NCBI GenBank assembly: GCA_012295275.1
Contig: CM022666.1
Location: 9,052,001-9,116,000, forward strand
Direction of reading: 5' to 3'
DNA: 64,000 nt
Origin: Chrysomallon squamiferum
Lineage: Eukaryota > Animalia > Mollusca
Position numbers and translations under genes: made by a program. Of this stretch, positions 14,719 to 26,537 are shown piece by piece. The stretch's first letter is position 1; each line of letters begins with the position of its first letter. Below the pieces are notes generated by a model. It did not search any database. It saw only the letters and a list, made by a program, of their open reading frames with translations, and was not told the DNA's origin.

Positions 14719-17700
14719 TGCAGGAGTATGTATATACACATGTAAATCTGCTTGTGTGTTCATGCATGTATGCTTGCATGAGAGAGAAAGACAAAGGTAA
14801 AAAATGCATTAGTTTTTTAACATTAGTTTTAATATTAATAAATTAAAGATTAATACACACTGTAAATAATATACATCACAAAATCAGTTAGGGACATTAT
14901 TAAATAGCTGAAATTACACAAAGTGGTAAACAGGTAAACAAAATGAATGGGACAATGATGTATAAACTCTAATATTTAATCAATTCAATATTAATTTTAC
15001 AAATGCATAACTACTGACCAATGGTTAAATGACACAAAACATCTTTGTACTAAGTATGATTATAAAAATCATTGTAATACAAATATATACACAGCTGCCA
15101 TTTATGTAGATATTAATAAATTTGGTTTCGCAGCTCATATCTATTATTTAAAATGTTTATTTTCTAAATAATTTTATTAAACAAATAAATAAAATAATAA
15201 TGCTTACCTTCCAAGAATCATGCTGTAGATTATAATATTTTTGATATGCTGACAGTGCTGAAATAATAAAAATATTCTAAACTAAAAATATTACCTGCAA
15301 TATTTAGTATACAATATGTTTTATTTGTAAAGATCAGATGTCAAGGGGAGACAATTTATATTTTCCAAAATCAAAATTCCCTAACATCTTTGATAAACAG
15401 AAAATATATTATATAATTAAGAGAATTAAATTTAGAAATACTAAAAAAAAAGTTTTCGTATTTCTTTACTATAATTTATTTATCTTTACTTTGCAGCTGC
15501 TAATTATTATTATCTGCACCTACTGGAAAATGATTTAAAAGGAAAAGTTGTTATACCTCAAAAAGAATGAATTAATGAATATTTTTAATAGTACTTTTTT
15601 AAACTTTGAACAGTTTCAGTGTTACTGGTATATATATATATCTATACACACATTCCCACACATGCAAAATATGTTTTGTTTTGTTTCTTTCTTTTTGTTT
15701 TAAAGCAAAATAAAAATCAACAGTTGCTATTATGCTGTCAGGCTACTGTTACTAATCAGCAGTAAGATATCTTTTATAGGTTCTTTCCCACAGATAGCAA
15801 CACATGTATCGCATTAAAAACCAGCTATGAAGCAATGGCTGACCTTTTGGATATTCTTCTAACAGCAGATGTAGATGACCTAGGTGACAGTAAATTGCTG
15901 GATCAAGTGGTTTTACTTTGACATCTTCACTCATCTGTTTTGCATGTTCCTTTAACAGGTGTTCATAATATTTAATACCCTGAAACAGAAATAATATTTT
16001 TAATATAACAAAATGAATGACTGAAAAATATATCTATCATGCAGATGTTGGTGCTTTTTAGGTGTGTTGTATTTTTTTGGTATGTTGTGAGAAAAGAAAT
16101 CTGTGGTGAGCAACATTTCAATTTTGATTTCCAGGTTGACTCAAACTGTTCATAATACAAAATAAATGTTTGACAAATTGCTTATTTTCACTCTGTCACC
16201 AACCTTTTCTAAAACTATTTTCTTTCCAGCATCCTGTGGGGAATCCAGTTTGAAAAAACCAAAAAGCTGACTGAAAAAAAGAAAGAAAAAAGATTTATAA
16301 TAAATATGTTAACTTACAGAAGGAATATATATATATATATATATCCAAACAATATTATTCAAAGTTCATATGATTCTATTAAATTAACAATCCAAAAATT
16401 ATCAGAAACAATATTTTTAAATTATGATTATGAAAAACATGTACTTGTATGAATAAACAATTTGTTTCTGGTATTAGTTTTTAAAATCTAAATTATCATT
16501 CTTTATCTTAAAAGCATGCAACATATTATCATGATTTAAAATTTAGAATGTGATTTTTTGGAATTTGTCAAGTGCCAACCAATAATTAATTATATTTTAA
16601 AATCTAAATTATCATTCTTTATATTAAAAGCATGCAACATATTATGATGATTTAAACTTTAGAATGTGATTTTTTTTAATTTGTCAAGTGCCGACTAATA
16701 ATTAATTATATTTTAAGTAAATGGGGGATAACTCTTAATATCATTATAAAATAAGGATAGAGGTTTATGATAATAAAATATAATAAAGAAAAAGGAGAAA
16801 ATGTATATTACCATAAAAGATATTATCAGATTAAACTTAGATCAAATGTATGACGTTAATATATGATATTTTATAAGAACTCAATATAAATATGCAATTT
16901 TTTATTGTTATTATTTTTATTTTTTTACATCGGCATTTGTCTAGGATTTATGCTGCTTATTTCATATTTCTCAGGGTTTTTTCACTTATTTAATTACAGC
17001 CAAGAGTACATTGCACTGTTAATTATAGCACAGCTCTGATAATTGAGTTATCTCCAGTTTTGTTATTTCAACATAAACAAAAGAAACACAATATATTATG
17101 CAGTTGTTTTTAACACTCTCTCTTTCTCTGCTTCACTGAACTGAGATCTAGTTTTCATTACAATGAAATTCCCTAAATTCTATTTGAGTGTACATATTTA
17201 TTTTTGAACAATACGTATTTAAATATTCTACCTAAAATGCAATAAATCATACTCAGATGTTGGATAAGGATCTGATTTAACATAAAATTATCTTTACATT
17301 CAATGTAGGTACATTCAAATCCACTAGGGGCACTGCTTTGTTTTCAATGTCTGTCATTTTGTTCGGCATGCTATATCAAGTCACATATTAAAACAGATCC
17401 ACAACTTTTGTGGCTGCACAAATGTGATTTTCTGTTCCAGTTTTGAATAAAAACAAATAAAACAAATGAGACAATGACTTCTTTAAAAGAAATCAGGGAG
17501 TAAAAAACAGTTTTTAAGCATTTTTTTTTGTCCTTCAAACATCCATTTATAAGCATGTAGACCCCAGCAAAGTAACTTCTGATGAGAAAAACAGAATATT
17601 TATACTTCCCACTAATTGCAGTGTAAATCATTTCCAATACAGGCAATTCCTTTCCTGGCTGATCTTTCAAATGTTTTCCCCTCTGATGTTTTCAGTCTTA

Positions 17701-18539
17701 CAATGAATATCACTCTTTTGTTTTATTTGATATAACAGTTTTTCTATTCTATTAAAACAAAAATTAAAGATTTAATTTTTTTAGTATTCAGTTGTATAAA
17801 AATAATGGCTAAATTTGAATTATTTCTGATGTAAAATAATAATAACATCAGTGTTTTTAATCAGAAATCTTTTTCCAAAACCTAAACACTGGACCAAGTT
17901 GAATAATGAAAATGCACTGAAACAATGGACAAAAACTGACTGACACAGAATGTACATAAATCACTGTAACTCTAGTTCTAGATAAGATATTGTAATAATG
18001 TATGCACAGTTATCTTCAGTATACCTTATTTGTTCTAACTAACCCTCTTCCAGTTCCAAATGTGAAAGTTTGAAATTTTATCAATGTACCTATTCAGTGA
18101 TTCATATAACTTTCCAGTATAAAAATAAAGTTTGTTCACTTCAATTTATTTATTTCAAATTTAAAAATATTAGATCTTTAACTGTTTCAATGTTGTTGTT
18201 TTCTTAGATTATTAATATGTTAATATTACTTTTATTAGTCAATTCAATAATATTTAGTAGTGTTGATCTGGATTACAAAATTTAGGAAGAGTAAAAAATG
18301 TATTCAGTGCATAAATGAAACTATTAATAGCTGATATTAAATACGTCATCCTGAAATGCTTAATAATGTAACTTTGAATTAAAATTTTAAATCGATACTG
18401 GGGCGAATTGTCGTAAGTTCCAAAATGTTTGGTACTTCTGCAATTTTGGCTGAGGCTCTGCGTTGGCTTACCTGTCACACCCAGCAAGCTGCTGTTTTTC
18501 TTCATCAGAAAGACTTATGAAAGTTTCTTCAGCTGCCAT
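13985..18539 (-). CDS. KDM6A: Lysine-specific demethylase 6A (UTX), N-terminal TPR region; first 5 coding exons, gene continues past the window start
   Basis: Exons 18539-18472, 16270-16204, 15979-15844, 15257-15208, 14043-13985 are all GT-AG and phase-compatible. They read MAAEETFISLSDEEKQQLAGCDS/QLFGFFKLDSPQDAGKKIVLEK/GIKYYEHLL...[55 protein letters not shown]. This matches human UTX as I recall it (LTAEEREALGGLDSRLFGF...[52 protein letters not shown]). I did not find the next exon (AIKAFQ...) in 1-13984. Confidence 0.95.
16479..16715. repeat. Tandem duplication, 2 x ~116 bp (KDM6A intron 1)
   Basis: TTAAAATCTAAATTATCATTCTTTAT...GTCAAGTGCC..TAATTAATTATA starts at 16481 and 16597. Confidence 0.88.
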
Positions 18540-19332
18540 TTTCAGAACGCTATCTCTGTATTGTAAATAAACTAAGCCAAATCATTTATTATTGTTTTAT
18601 ACAAAAGATCCAAAAAGAATTTTAATCTACGCAAATTCATCTCCCTCCACTTCCCTTCCGGCCTGGCTCCAGAAAGTCCAATCACAGACATTCTCTCAAC
18701 AATAAGCACCAATCCAAATTACGTTAACATACGCCTTCGGGTAGCGATGAGTTTTTACAATGTTCGGATTGCACACTTGAAAAAGAAATCCTGAAAACAG
18801 CATTCAAAATAAATATTCCCCCAAAAATATTTATTTTTAAACAGCAAAAACCAGCATTTTCTTCTGATAAGCTCGTTTTTAATATATATTTTTACTTGTA
18901 TTATTTCGTTTATTACATCGAGGGATTACCACGGTTAAATTGTTCTTTGTTATTATTATTATTGTTGATTTAAATAATGAACATTAACGTGATTAAAATG
19001 TAATTACCTGTATAAGAGCACTGTTTTTCTTAATATTCATTATATGACTTAATTTATTTTCAAGAAGGCAAAATACAATAAAATATCATACATGTGCAAA
19101 GAAAAGAAACAAACGGAAGTATAATTATAATTAATTGCAGTTCCAAAGCACAATAATAATAATCTTTAACACAAATACAAACTTTAAATTTGACATTAAA
19201 ACCGTAGTTTATATGAAATATAAGTTAAATTTACTAACCGATCATGTTGAGAAAATTAGCAACATTTAATGATTTATCTGTTATTTAAAAAGAAATTAAA
19301 TAAGAAGCAGTTATATCTTCTGTTTTTTGGAT

Positions 19333-19416
<84 letters not shown>

Positions 19417-19601
19417 ACGCACACGCACACATCTGGTTCTTTTTCTCTTGTGGAGGAAAGCATAATAGTGGAACATACAATATTTCCGGTTCTGGTTAGA
19501 AGTAAGGTTAGAAAAATCTTGGTGTCATCAGACTTTCCTTTTAGCGTGTTTGATTTAATCCATTTTTTGAATTATCTGAAATAATCTTGTCGAGGTTCAA
19601 G
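18540..19601. promoter_or_regulatory. Probable bidirectional promoter region of KDM6A (-) and FUNDC1 (+)
   Basis: Lies between two divergent start codons ~1.4 kb apart. CpG is locally retained. ETS-like TTCCGG occurs at ~18657 and ~19484, CCAAT at ~18678 and ~18708, and a (CT)n tract at 19336-19412. Transcription start sites are not determined. Confidence 0.6.
19336..19412. repeat. (CT)n microsatellite in the divergent promoter
   Basis: Pure CT run. Confidence 0.95.
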
Positions 19602-19941
19602 GTAGTCGTATTCGTTTTTCAACAAATTTAGTGCAGTGATTAAACAAAAAATTATTAACACAAAAAAGGTTTATAGCGTTTCAGACTTAGTTATATTAAT
19701 TTGGAAATAGTAAGTAGTCTTTGACAGAGATATGATTTGTTAAAATTAATGACTCAAATTACTTTATATATTTTTTATTTGAAACTACTATCTTTAAGTA
19801 GTTTAGTCATGTTATTAATTTCTTTTAGTCTTTTTTGTTCAATTGATGGGGATAGTGATGTCCTTTTTAATTTTTTAATTTAAAAAAGTTGTCATTTCAA
19901 TTCATATTTTTAGTTTTAGTTTTAATTTACAGCGAATTAAC

Positions 19942-21572
19942 ATGGATGATTCAAATGAAGAATATGAAATTCTTGATCTAGCTAACTACAAGAAAAAAGA
20001 CTGGATTGAAAAACTTTTGGGAGATATTTCAAAACAGTCAGCAGCAAAGCAGGCAGTCATTGGAGGTGTGGCTGGTTGGTAAGTTAGTTTTATAATCTTA
20101 ATCAAACTAATGGAAAAGAAAGTTTTTGCCAAGAAAGCCCTGTATAGTGTATTTATTAAAATAGGAAAATTATAAAAATATCACCAATTTCAATTTGTGA
20201 TATTATAAAAAAAAAAATCTGTACTGTTTAAATTTATCATTTTCTCTAACTGGATATTTTATTTATTTTATTTTATATTTTAATAGTTTTCTAATTTTTA
20301 ATAAATATCATTTGGTTATTTAACAAACTTTTCTTTTTACTGTGATCTTCAAAAAATAATAAAAGTTAAAATGTTTAATTCATGCTTTGGTATTTTGGAT
20401 TTTACAGGGGAGCTGGTTTTTTATTCATAAAGGTTGGGAAACTGGCAGCTGCTTCACTGGGAACAACAATTTTATTACTTCAGGTAGGTCAATTTAAATA
20501 TTTATTCTTAATTATAATGTTTTATTAATTTCACAAATATAATGTTTGATTAATTTCACAAAAACTGTATATTTCAGTGCTGTTTTCTAACAACAGAATT
20601 ACTATTAATAAAATAAAAATATACTAAAACAAGCACTTTATATAGCTTTCATAAGAGGGAGTTAAATTTGTTGTAACAAAATTAGAAGTGATTAAAATAA
20701 ATATTCTGTCATAAGTGCTGTCTATTCTTTCCAACATTCTGATGTTTTCTTTTCCTTCTTTTTCTTCTTATGACCTTAACACACTGACTGGATTGGATTT
20801 GTAGATGTTTTCAAAACAAAGAGAGCACCATGTATGTTTTGATCTTTTTAGAGAAAATGTGCTAAAAATCTTTTTTTAAATTACGTAACAGATTGCACAA
20901 CACAAGGGATACGTCAAGATCAATTGGACTAGAGTTGAAAAGAGCATCAGCCAGGCCAAGTCTGAAATGAGGAGAGAAGCAAGTAAACATTATCCAGGAA
21001 TCTTTGAAAATGTAAGAATATCTTTAAATATTTTAGATTAAATATGCAGATACTTTTTTGTACTCATAGAGCACCTACATGGGGAATATTATGAAATTTA
21101 TTTGATGCAAAAGGGAAAATAAAAATCAAATAATAGTAGTTTTCTTTTAAATAACTGTACTTAGTATTAGTTACATTACAAACAAACATAATACCAGAAG
21201 AATATCACAAAACAAATTAATATTTAAGAAAAGATACTTAATGGTTGACTTGCAGCAAAATCTGTTATTTCATTGAAGATTAAAAGTAACACATAACAAT
21301 CCAATCAAGAATTTTCATTTATTCAGAAAATGTTAAAATGTAAGTAGTGGGTGTTGTAATTTATATTTTTCATTCTGCCAGTAAAGTGATTATGTCATAA
21401 AAATTAATTTATCATTTTCTGTTTTTATTTATTCTCTTTATATTTTTGTAAAATATTTTGTTTGTTTATTTTTTTGTTTTATTTTGTTTAACAGATGCAG
21501 AGATTTATTCAGCAGAATATTTGTTTAGCCACAGGTTTTGCTGGTGGATTCTTTTTTGGTGTAGCTTTCTGA
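19942..21572 (+). CDS. FUNDC1: FUN14 domain-containing mitophagy receptor, FUNDC1-like, 136 aa
   Basis: Coding exons 19942-20078, 20408-20483, 20892-21011, 21495-21572 (411 nt, GT-AG): MDDSNEEYEILDLANYKKKDWIEKLLGDISKQSAAKQAVIGGVAGWGAGFLFIKVGKLAAASLGTTILLLQIAQHKGYVKINWTRVEKSISQAKSEMRREASKHYPGIFENMQRFIQQNICLATGFAGGFFFGVAF*. FUN14 signature (GG..GW.AGFLF.KVGKLAA, GYV.I.W.RVEK) and a YEIL LIR motif are present. A 5'UTR exon probably ends near 19601. Confidence 0.95.
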
Positions 21573-24444
21573 GATAGATTAATAATCATGGTTATATTGT
21601 TTCTTCATCCAAAGTAACAGCAAGAGGACTCACAGGAAACATTATGTGAACATTAACTATTCTGTCAAGGATTGTGAGCAGTATTAGAAAAAAAGAAATC
21701 ACTAAAAGCATTTGTGAATATAGCAGAATAGTTTGTTAATATTTGTTTTAGTTACATAAAGAATGACCTTATCAAAAATATATTTCACTTTTGGTATTAT
21801 AGTTCATTTATTTAACTTGTTTTGATTAATAATAATAATAATAGATAATACAATTTTGATACTGTCTAATACATACAAATCATTTTAGATTTGTTACAAA
21901 TGACAGAGTGGTTATTATTAGTCAAAACAGCTAAAATACCCAACAAGCATTACTGTGCTAATATTAACAGTAGATTTTTTTTTTTTTTTCTTTTTCAAGG
22001 ATTGTTAACCCATTTCCCTCCTTAGTCATGATAACTAGAATATAATTCTTAATGTGCCATCTGATAATAATTTATACTCGTGCACAAATGTGTTTCTAAT
22101 ACAACAGCAAACTATTGTTTTTAAAAGTATTAGTTTTCCTCAAAGTAATTATAGCATGGCTAGAACAGTTTTTTTAAATTTATTTAGTTCATTTATATAT
22201 ATTTTTTTGTTTTTTGTTGTTGTTGTTATTCTTGTGTGGGTTTTTATATTTGTCAGTTGTTGTTTTTGTTTTATATATATACATTTCTTTTTTTCTTCTG
22301 TTCAGTTACTCTATATTTTACATTTTGTTAAATGTAAACAATGGTGCAAAACCACAAAGAGCTTGTGTATGTGAGGACATTGAATTAATAATAGTTAGTA
22401 TTTCAACTGTTTCTTTTATTATTTTAAAAATCAAATTTTTGTTTATATAATTTAATTTGAACCTGTGATCAGCTTAAATTTTGTTTTCGTATTTCAAAAA
22501 CAAAATGTATTCATGAAGCCTGTCCAGGCTAATAATAAATAATTTTCTCCTGTCTTTGCTGTTGTTGGTGTGAGATTTTGAACCAGGGACCTTCCAGTAG
22601 TGATTACAATTTTCATTTGTGGTGCTTAATAATAGTAGATAATAGTAAGTGATAGTTATTTTTGCATAAATAATAAAATAGGAATGTACACATGACTCTA
22701 CAAACATTTTATAAATATCATTGTCATCATTATCATTATTATATTAAATATACAATCATTATTATGTTTATAGTTTATCATTAGTGTTAACCTTCCTTCT
22801 ACATTACTAATTACTGTACAGTGCTAATGTTTTATATCCCATCAGAAACTATGTACATGCATGTATGTACGCACGCACACACATCCACACGCACACACAT
22901 CCACACACACACAAACACACACACACAAACACACACACACACACACTCATGTATATGTAAAAAAAAAAATATATAAAACATAAAAGAAGGTATCTGTTTT
23001 TAAGTTAGCATATCATTTATTACTGGTATCCATGACATTGGTATTTTGTCCACCTTTTCTGTAATTTATTAAGCTTTGAGCAAATGACCTTTATACTGTA
23101 CTACACAGAATGAAACACACAGATATGCATACACTAGTACACATACAAAAATAGTTCTGTACAAAAGAAAATGAGATGATATAGAAATTAATTATGGTTC
23201 TTGTGTTAAATCAAAAAGACGAATTAAAAGGTTTTTTTTTTTTTTTTTTACCAGTTGTTTAGGCTGCAACACTAATGTGAAGACAGATATCAACAGTTGG
23301 AATTGGGCATTATACAAAATACACATTTCAGTAGTTACTAAATAAAATATCTTTGTTTATTTACTTTTATTTACAAAACTTTTGTCTTTTCATTTATTAC
23401 TATCATCATTATTATTAATATGCCTTTTACCTTAAAGATTTGTTTTTATTTTTCAATTTATTTTATAAAATAAAATCTTTTTATTAAATTTATTTCTATA
23501 TAATATTATGTTCTTTTTTATTTTTTTTTTTGCTTTAACAACTAGATTTTTAGGTTGATTGAAACATAAATAAAACCTTAATCCACTTCCACTGAGTTTG
23601 TTTATATGTTGACTTGAATAAGCTGAAAGGTTCAGTGGTTTGAGTGCTTGTCTGAGGTTGACCAGTCAGATAGGAGCTGATCAAGTAGATACAGTTAGTT
23701 TTAAAAGTTAACTTACAGAGAGACAAAACTGAAAAGAGAAAAACAGATCGGCTCAAAATGAAACAAAAGAGCTGCATCATTTCTTTCTCTCTCTCCCATC
23801 CTTTCATTTTATTTTTTATATTTACTATTTTGTAATGTTTTGATTACTTCCTTTTTCACATTTCAGTAATTTTTGTTTTCTTTATTTGGTTGGAGTTTAA
23901 AGCATTCTAACTTTTTAGTGTGTAACTGTCTTATATTGTTATTTTTTAAATTATTTTATTCATTCACTCATCTCTTTTCATATCCTCCCTCATCTTCTCT
24001 AATGTTCAGTCTCTCTTTAATACAATACAGCACTAATCTGAAAACTTGGGTGTGACATCTGCTATCAAATGATAAATTATTCTGTTCTTAAATAAATAAT
24101 AAATATGAATCCTCTCTCAAGGTAGAAGTTAATCAATGGATATAGTGACTTGCCAAAAGTTTTATTTTTACCAGAGTTTATTTAAACTAGTAAATGAGAT
24201 GATCATTATGTATGCAGTATACAACAGAAGAAAGACATGTTTAATTTAAAGACACAACACAGCTTCAATCAACTGTTATATATAATGTCATTTAGAAAAG
24301 CAGGGACATATTCCACAGTGCCATCACAAATTGGCAGTTTTATTTCTAGTTGGAAAGCATATAGCCTGGCCTTTGGTAATCCAGTCATTGAATGCAAGTC
24401 ACATTCATTACCATTTCTAATCCAAATATTTTTCTGCTCACACA

Positions 24445-24447
<3 letters not shown>

Positions 24448-24517
<70 letters not shown>

Positions 24518-24580
24518 CTTCTCTCACTGAATTTTCTTTTATTCTTTTTACTCTCTCTATTATCTGTCTGCGTCTCTCTA

Positions 24581-24674
<94 letters not shown>
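24448..24674. repeat. Two (CT)n microsatellites
   Basis: CT runs at ~24448-24514 and ~24585-24674. Confidence 0.95.
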
Positions 24675-24677
<3 letters not shown>

Positions 24678-25343
24678 CACTTTCTATCATCCTTGGTGCT
24701 GATAATCAGCCTGCAACATATATATATATAAAGGTCGTGTTTATCTCCTGATAAAATCTAACATACAAGAAATAAAAGATATCTTTGGATTACATTTGTC
24801 ATGTTTGGTCTGCGTTTAATTAGTGAGTTGTGCTGATTCTAACTGAGAAAATTACTCAATTGATTGTTGTGATAAACATCTGTCAGTCAGAAGGAAATGT
24901 GGATCAGTGAGTTTACAGGAGTAATTTGTTTACATGCTTTTCAAGCCAACAGTTCATAAGATTTGACAAGTATATCACTGGAAAATTTCAATATCTGGAA
25001 AACAGTTTTCTTTTCTTTTTAGCAGTAACTGTTATAGAAGTTTTTTAAAATTTGCTCAAAAGATTTGACAGCTGTGTCTTTGGAAAAGTCTTTGGAAAAG
25101 TAATATTTTTTCTTTATAGAAGTACTTTAGTAGATGTGTTTGCAATCTGTAATTTTGTTTGAACATTTCATTAGATGGAAATGCAATTAATATAACTAGA
25201 TTGATAAAAAAGATAAAATTTTGAACCACTAACATTTGGATGATAATTTATTCTGTTTATAGAAACTGAATAATAACATAATATTCTGTAATAAACAATT
25301 AGTAATGGTTATTGTTAACATTGAGTACTTTTGATCTTTAAAA

Positions 25344-25749
25344 ATGTCTAATAATCATGAAATGAAACAACGAGGTCAATGCAGACAGGAAGAGGAATCT
25401 TCAGAAAATGTAATTTCTTCAATGGAAAGTAAAAAGACTTCACTCATGAATGTGATGATGTATCGATACACATTAAACAAAAATGTTTTGTCTTATCAGT
25501 CAGAGCTTGAAATGAATGTGCTGATGTTTAATCAAGAAAAAAAAAAATATTATGAGATACAACAGAGATGTCTCTGTCACCAAGTATGATTTGGAAACCA
25601 AAGAAATGAAGAAAACAGGTATGAAGCAGAACAAAGCTGTTCAGACTTTTTTATCTTCACAAAGAAATGTTCATTCATGTAATTTTGAAAAACAGGATGG
25701 TGAACCTACTGCCTCAGCAAATTTATCAGATGAAGAAATTTTTGTGTAG
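25344..25749 (+). CDS. Putative ~134-aa single-exon protein interrupted by one extra base in an A11 run (assembly error, pseudogene or slippage site)
   Basis: ORFs 25344-25589 and 25552-25749 join (…MFNQEKKNIMRYNRDVSVTKYDLETKEMKK…) if one A is removed from 25537-25547. Composition is protein-like with a coiled-coil feel. I do not recognise the family with confidence. Confidence 0.4.
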
Positions 25750-26480
25750 ATTAGATTTTTTTTTTTTTCAGGAGAAAATTACAGAAACATTCTACAGTGA
25801 AACTGATATTATTCGATGTCTAAGTAATCAGTTACTGAATAGTTTTTTGAAATAAGGACATGTTATTTTAATTAAATTTTATTTTTGATTTGTTTTTAAT
25901 TTTCAAATTTTGAAAATTGATTCTAATTACAAATATCTGTACTCGTCACTGGAGGATCTCTGATTCCATAAAAATAATTTTTCCAGAACATTAATGAAAA
26001 CATTTTCAACATTAAAAAAAAAGAGGAAAATATTTAATAGTCCATGTATGATTGAGTATTTATACAGGACCTTGTATATCTGTTTGTATGTCTGTCTGTT
26101 CTGTCCCTGTGCATGAATTTTCATACATAAAAGAAAACAATATATATTTATTGCTTTAAAATTTATTTAAAATTAAAGATAACAAAACAAAGAAAGAACA
26201 CTCAAATCAATTTTTATTAAAGAAACTTGTCTAAAAAGGTTATATAACTGTAAAATATTACAACATATATTTACATCACAGCTTGTCCATAAGCAGGAAA
26301 CTGGAGAGAATGCAGTAACAAGAAATTCAATAAAACTGTAAGAATAATACATGATAAAGAGTAAAAATATTTTGGCAAACTAGATCATAACAAATCATGA
26401 TTCTTGTCTTCTTTATTATAAAACAAACAACTGTTGAAGCTGATATGTATACATATACATATACATACATACATATATAT

Positions 26481-26537
<57 letters not shown>

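Noticed and set aside
17321-17336. CCACTAGGGGCAC as a CTCF site
   Set aside because: It is one G short of the CCASYAGRKGGCR core spacing and cannot be supported without a PWM or ChIP data.
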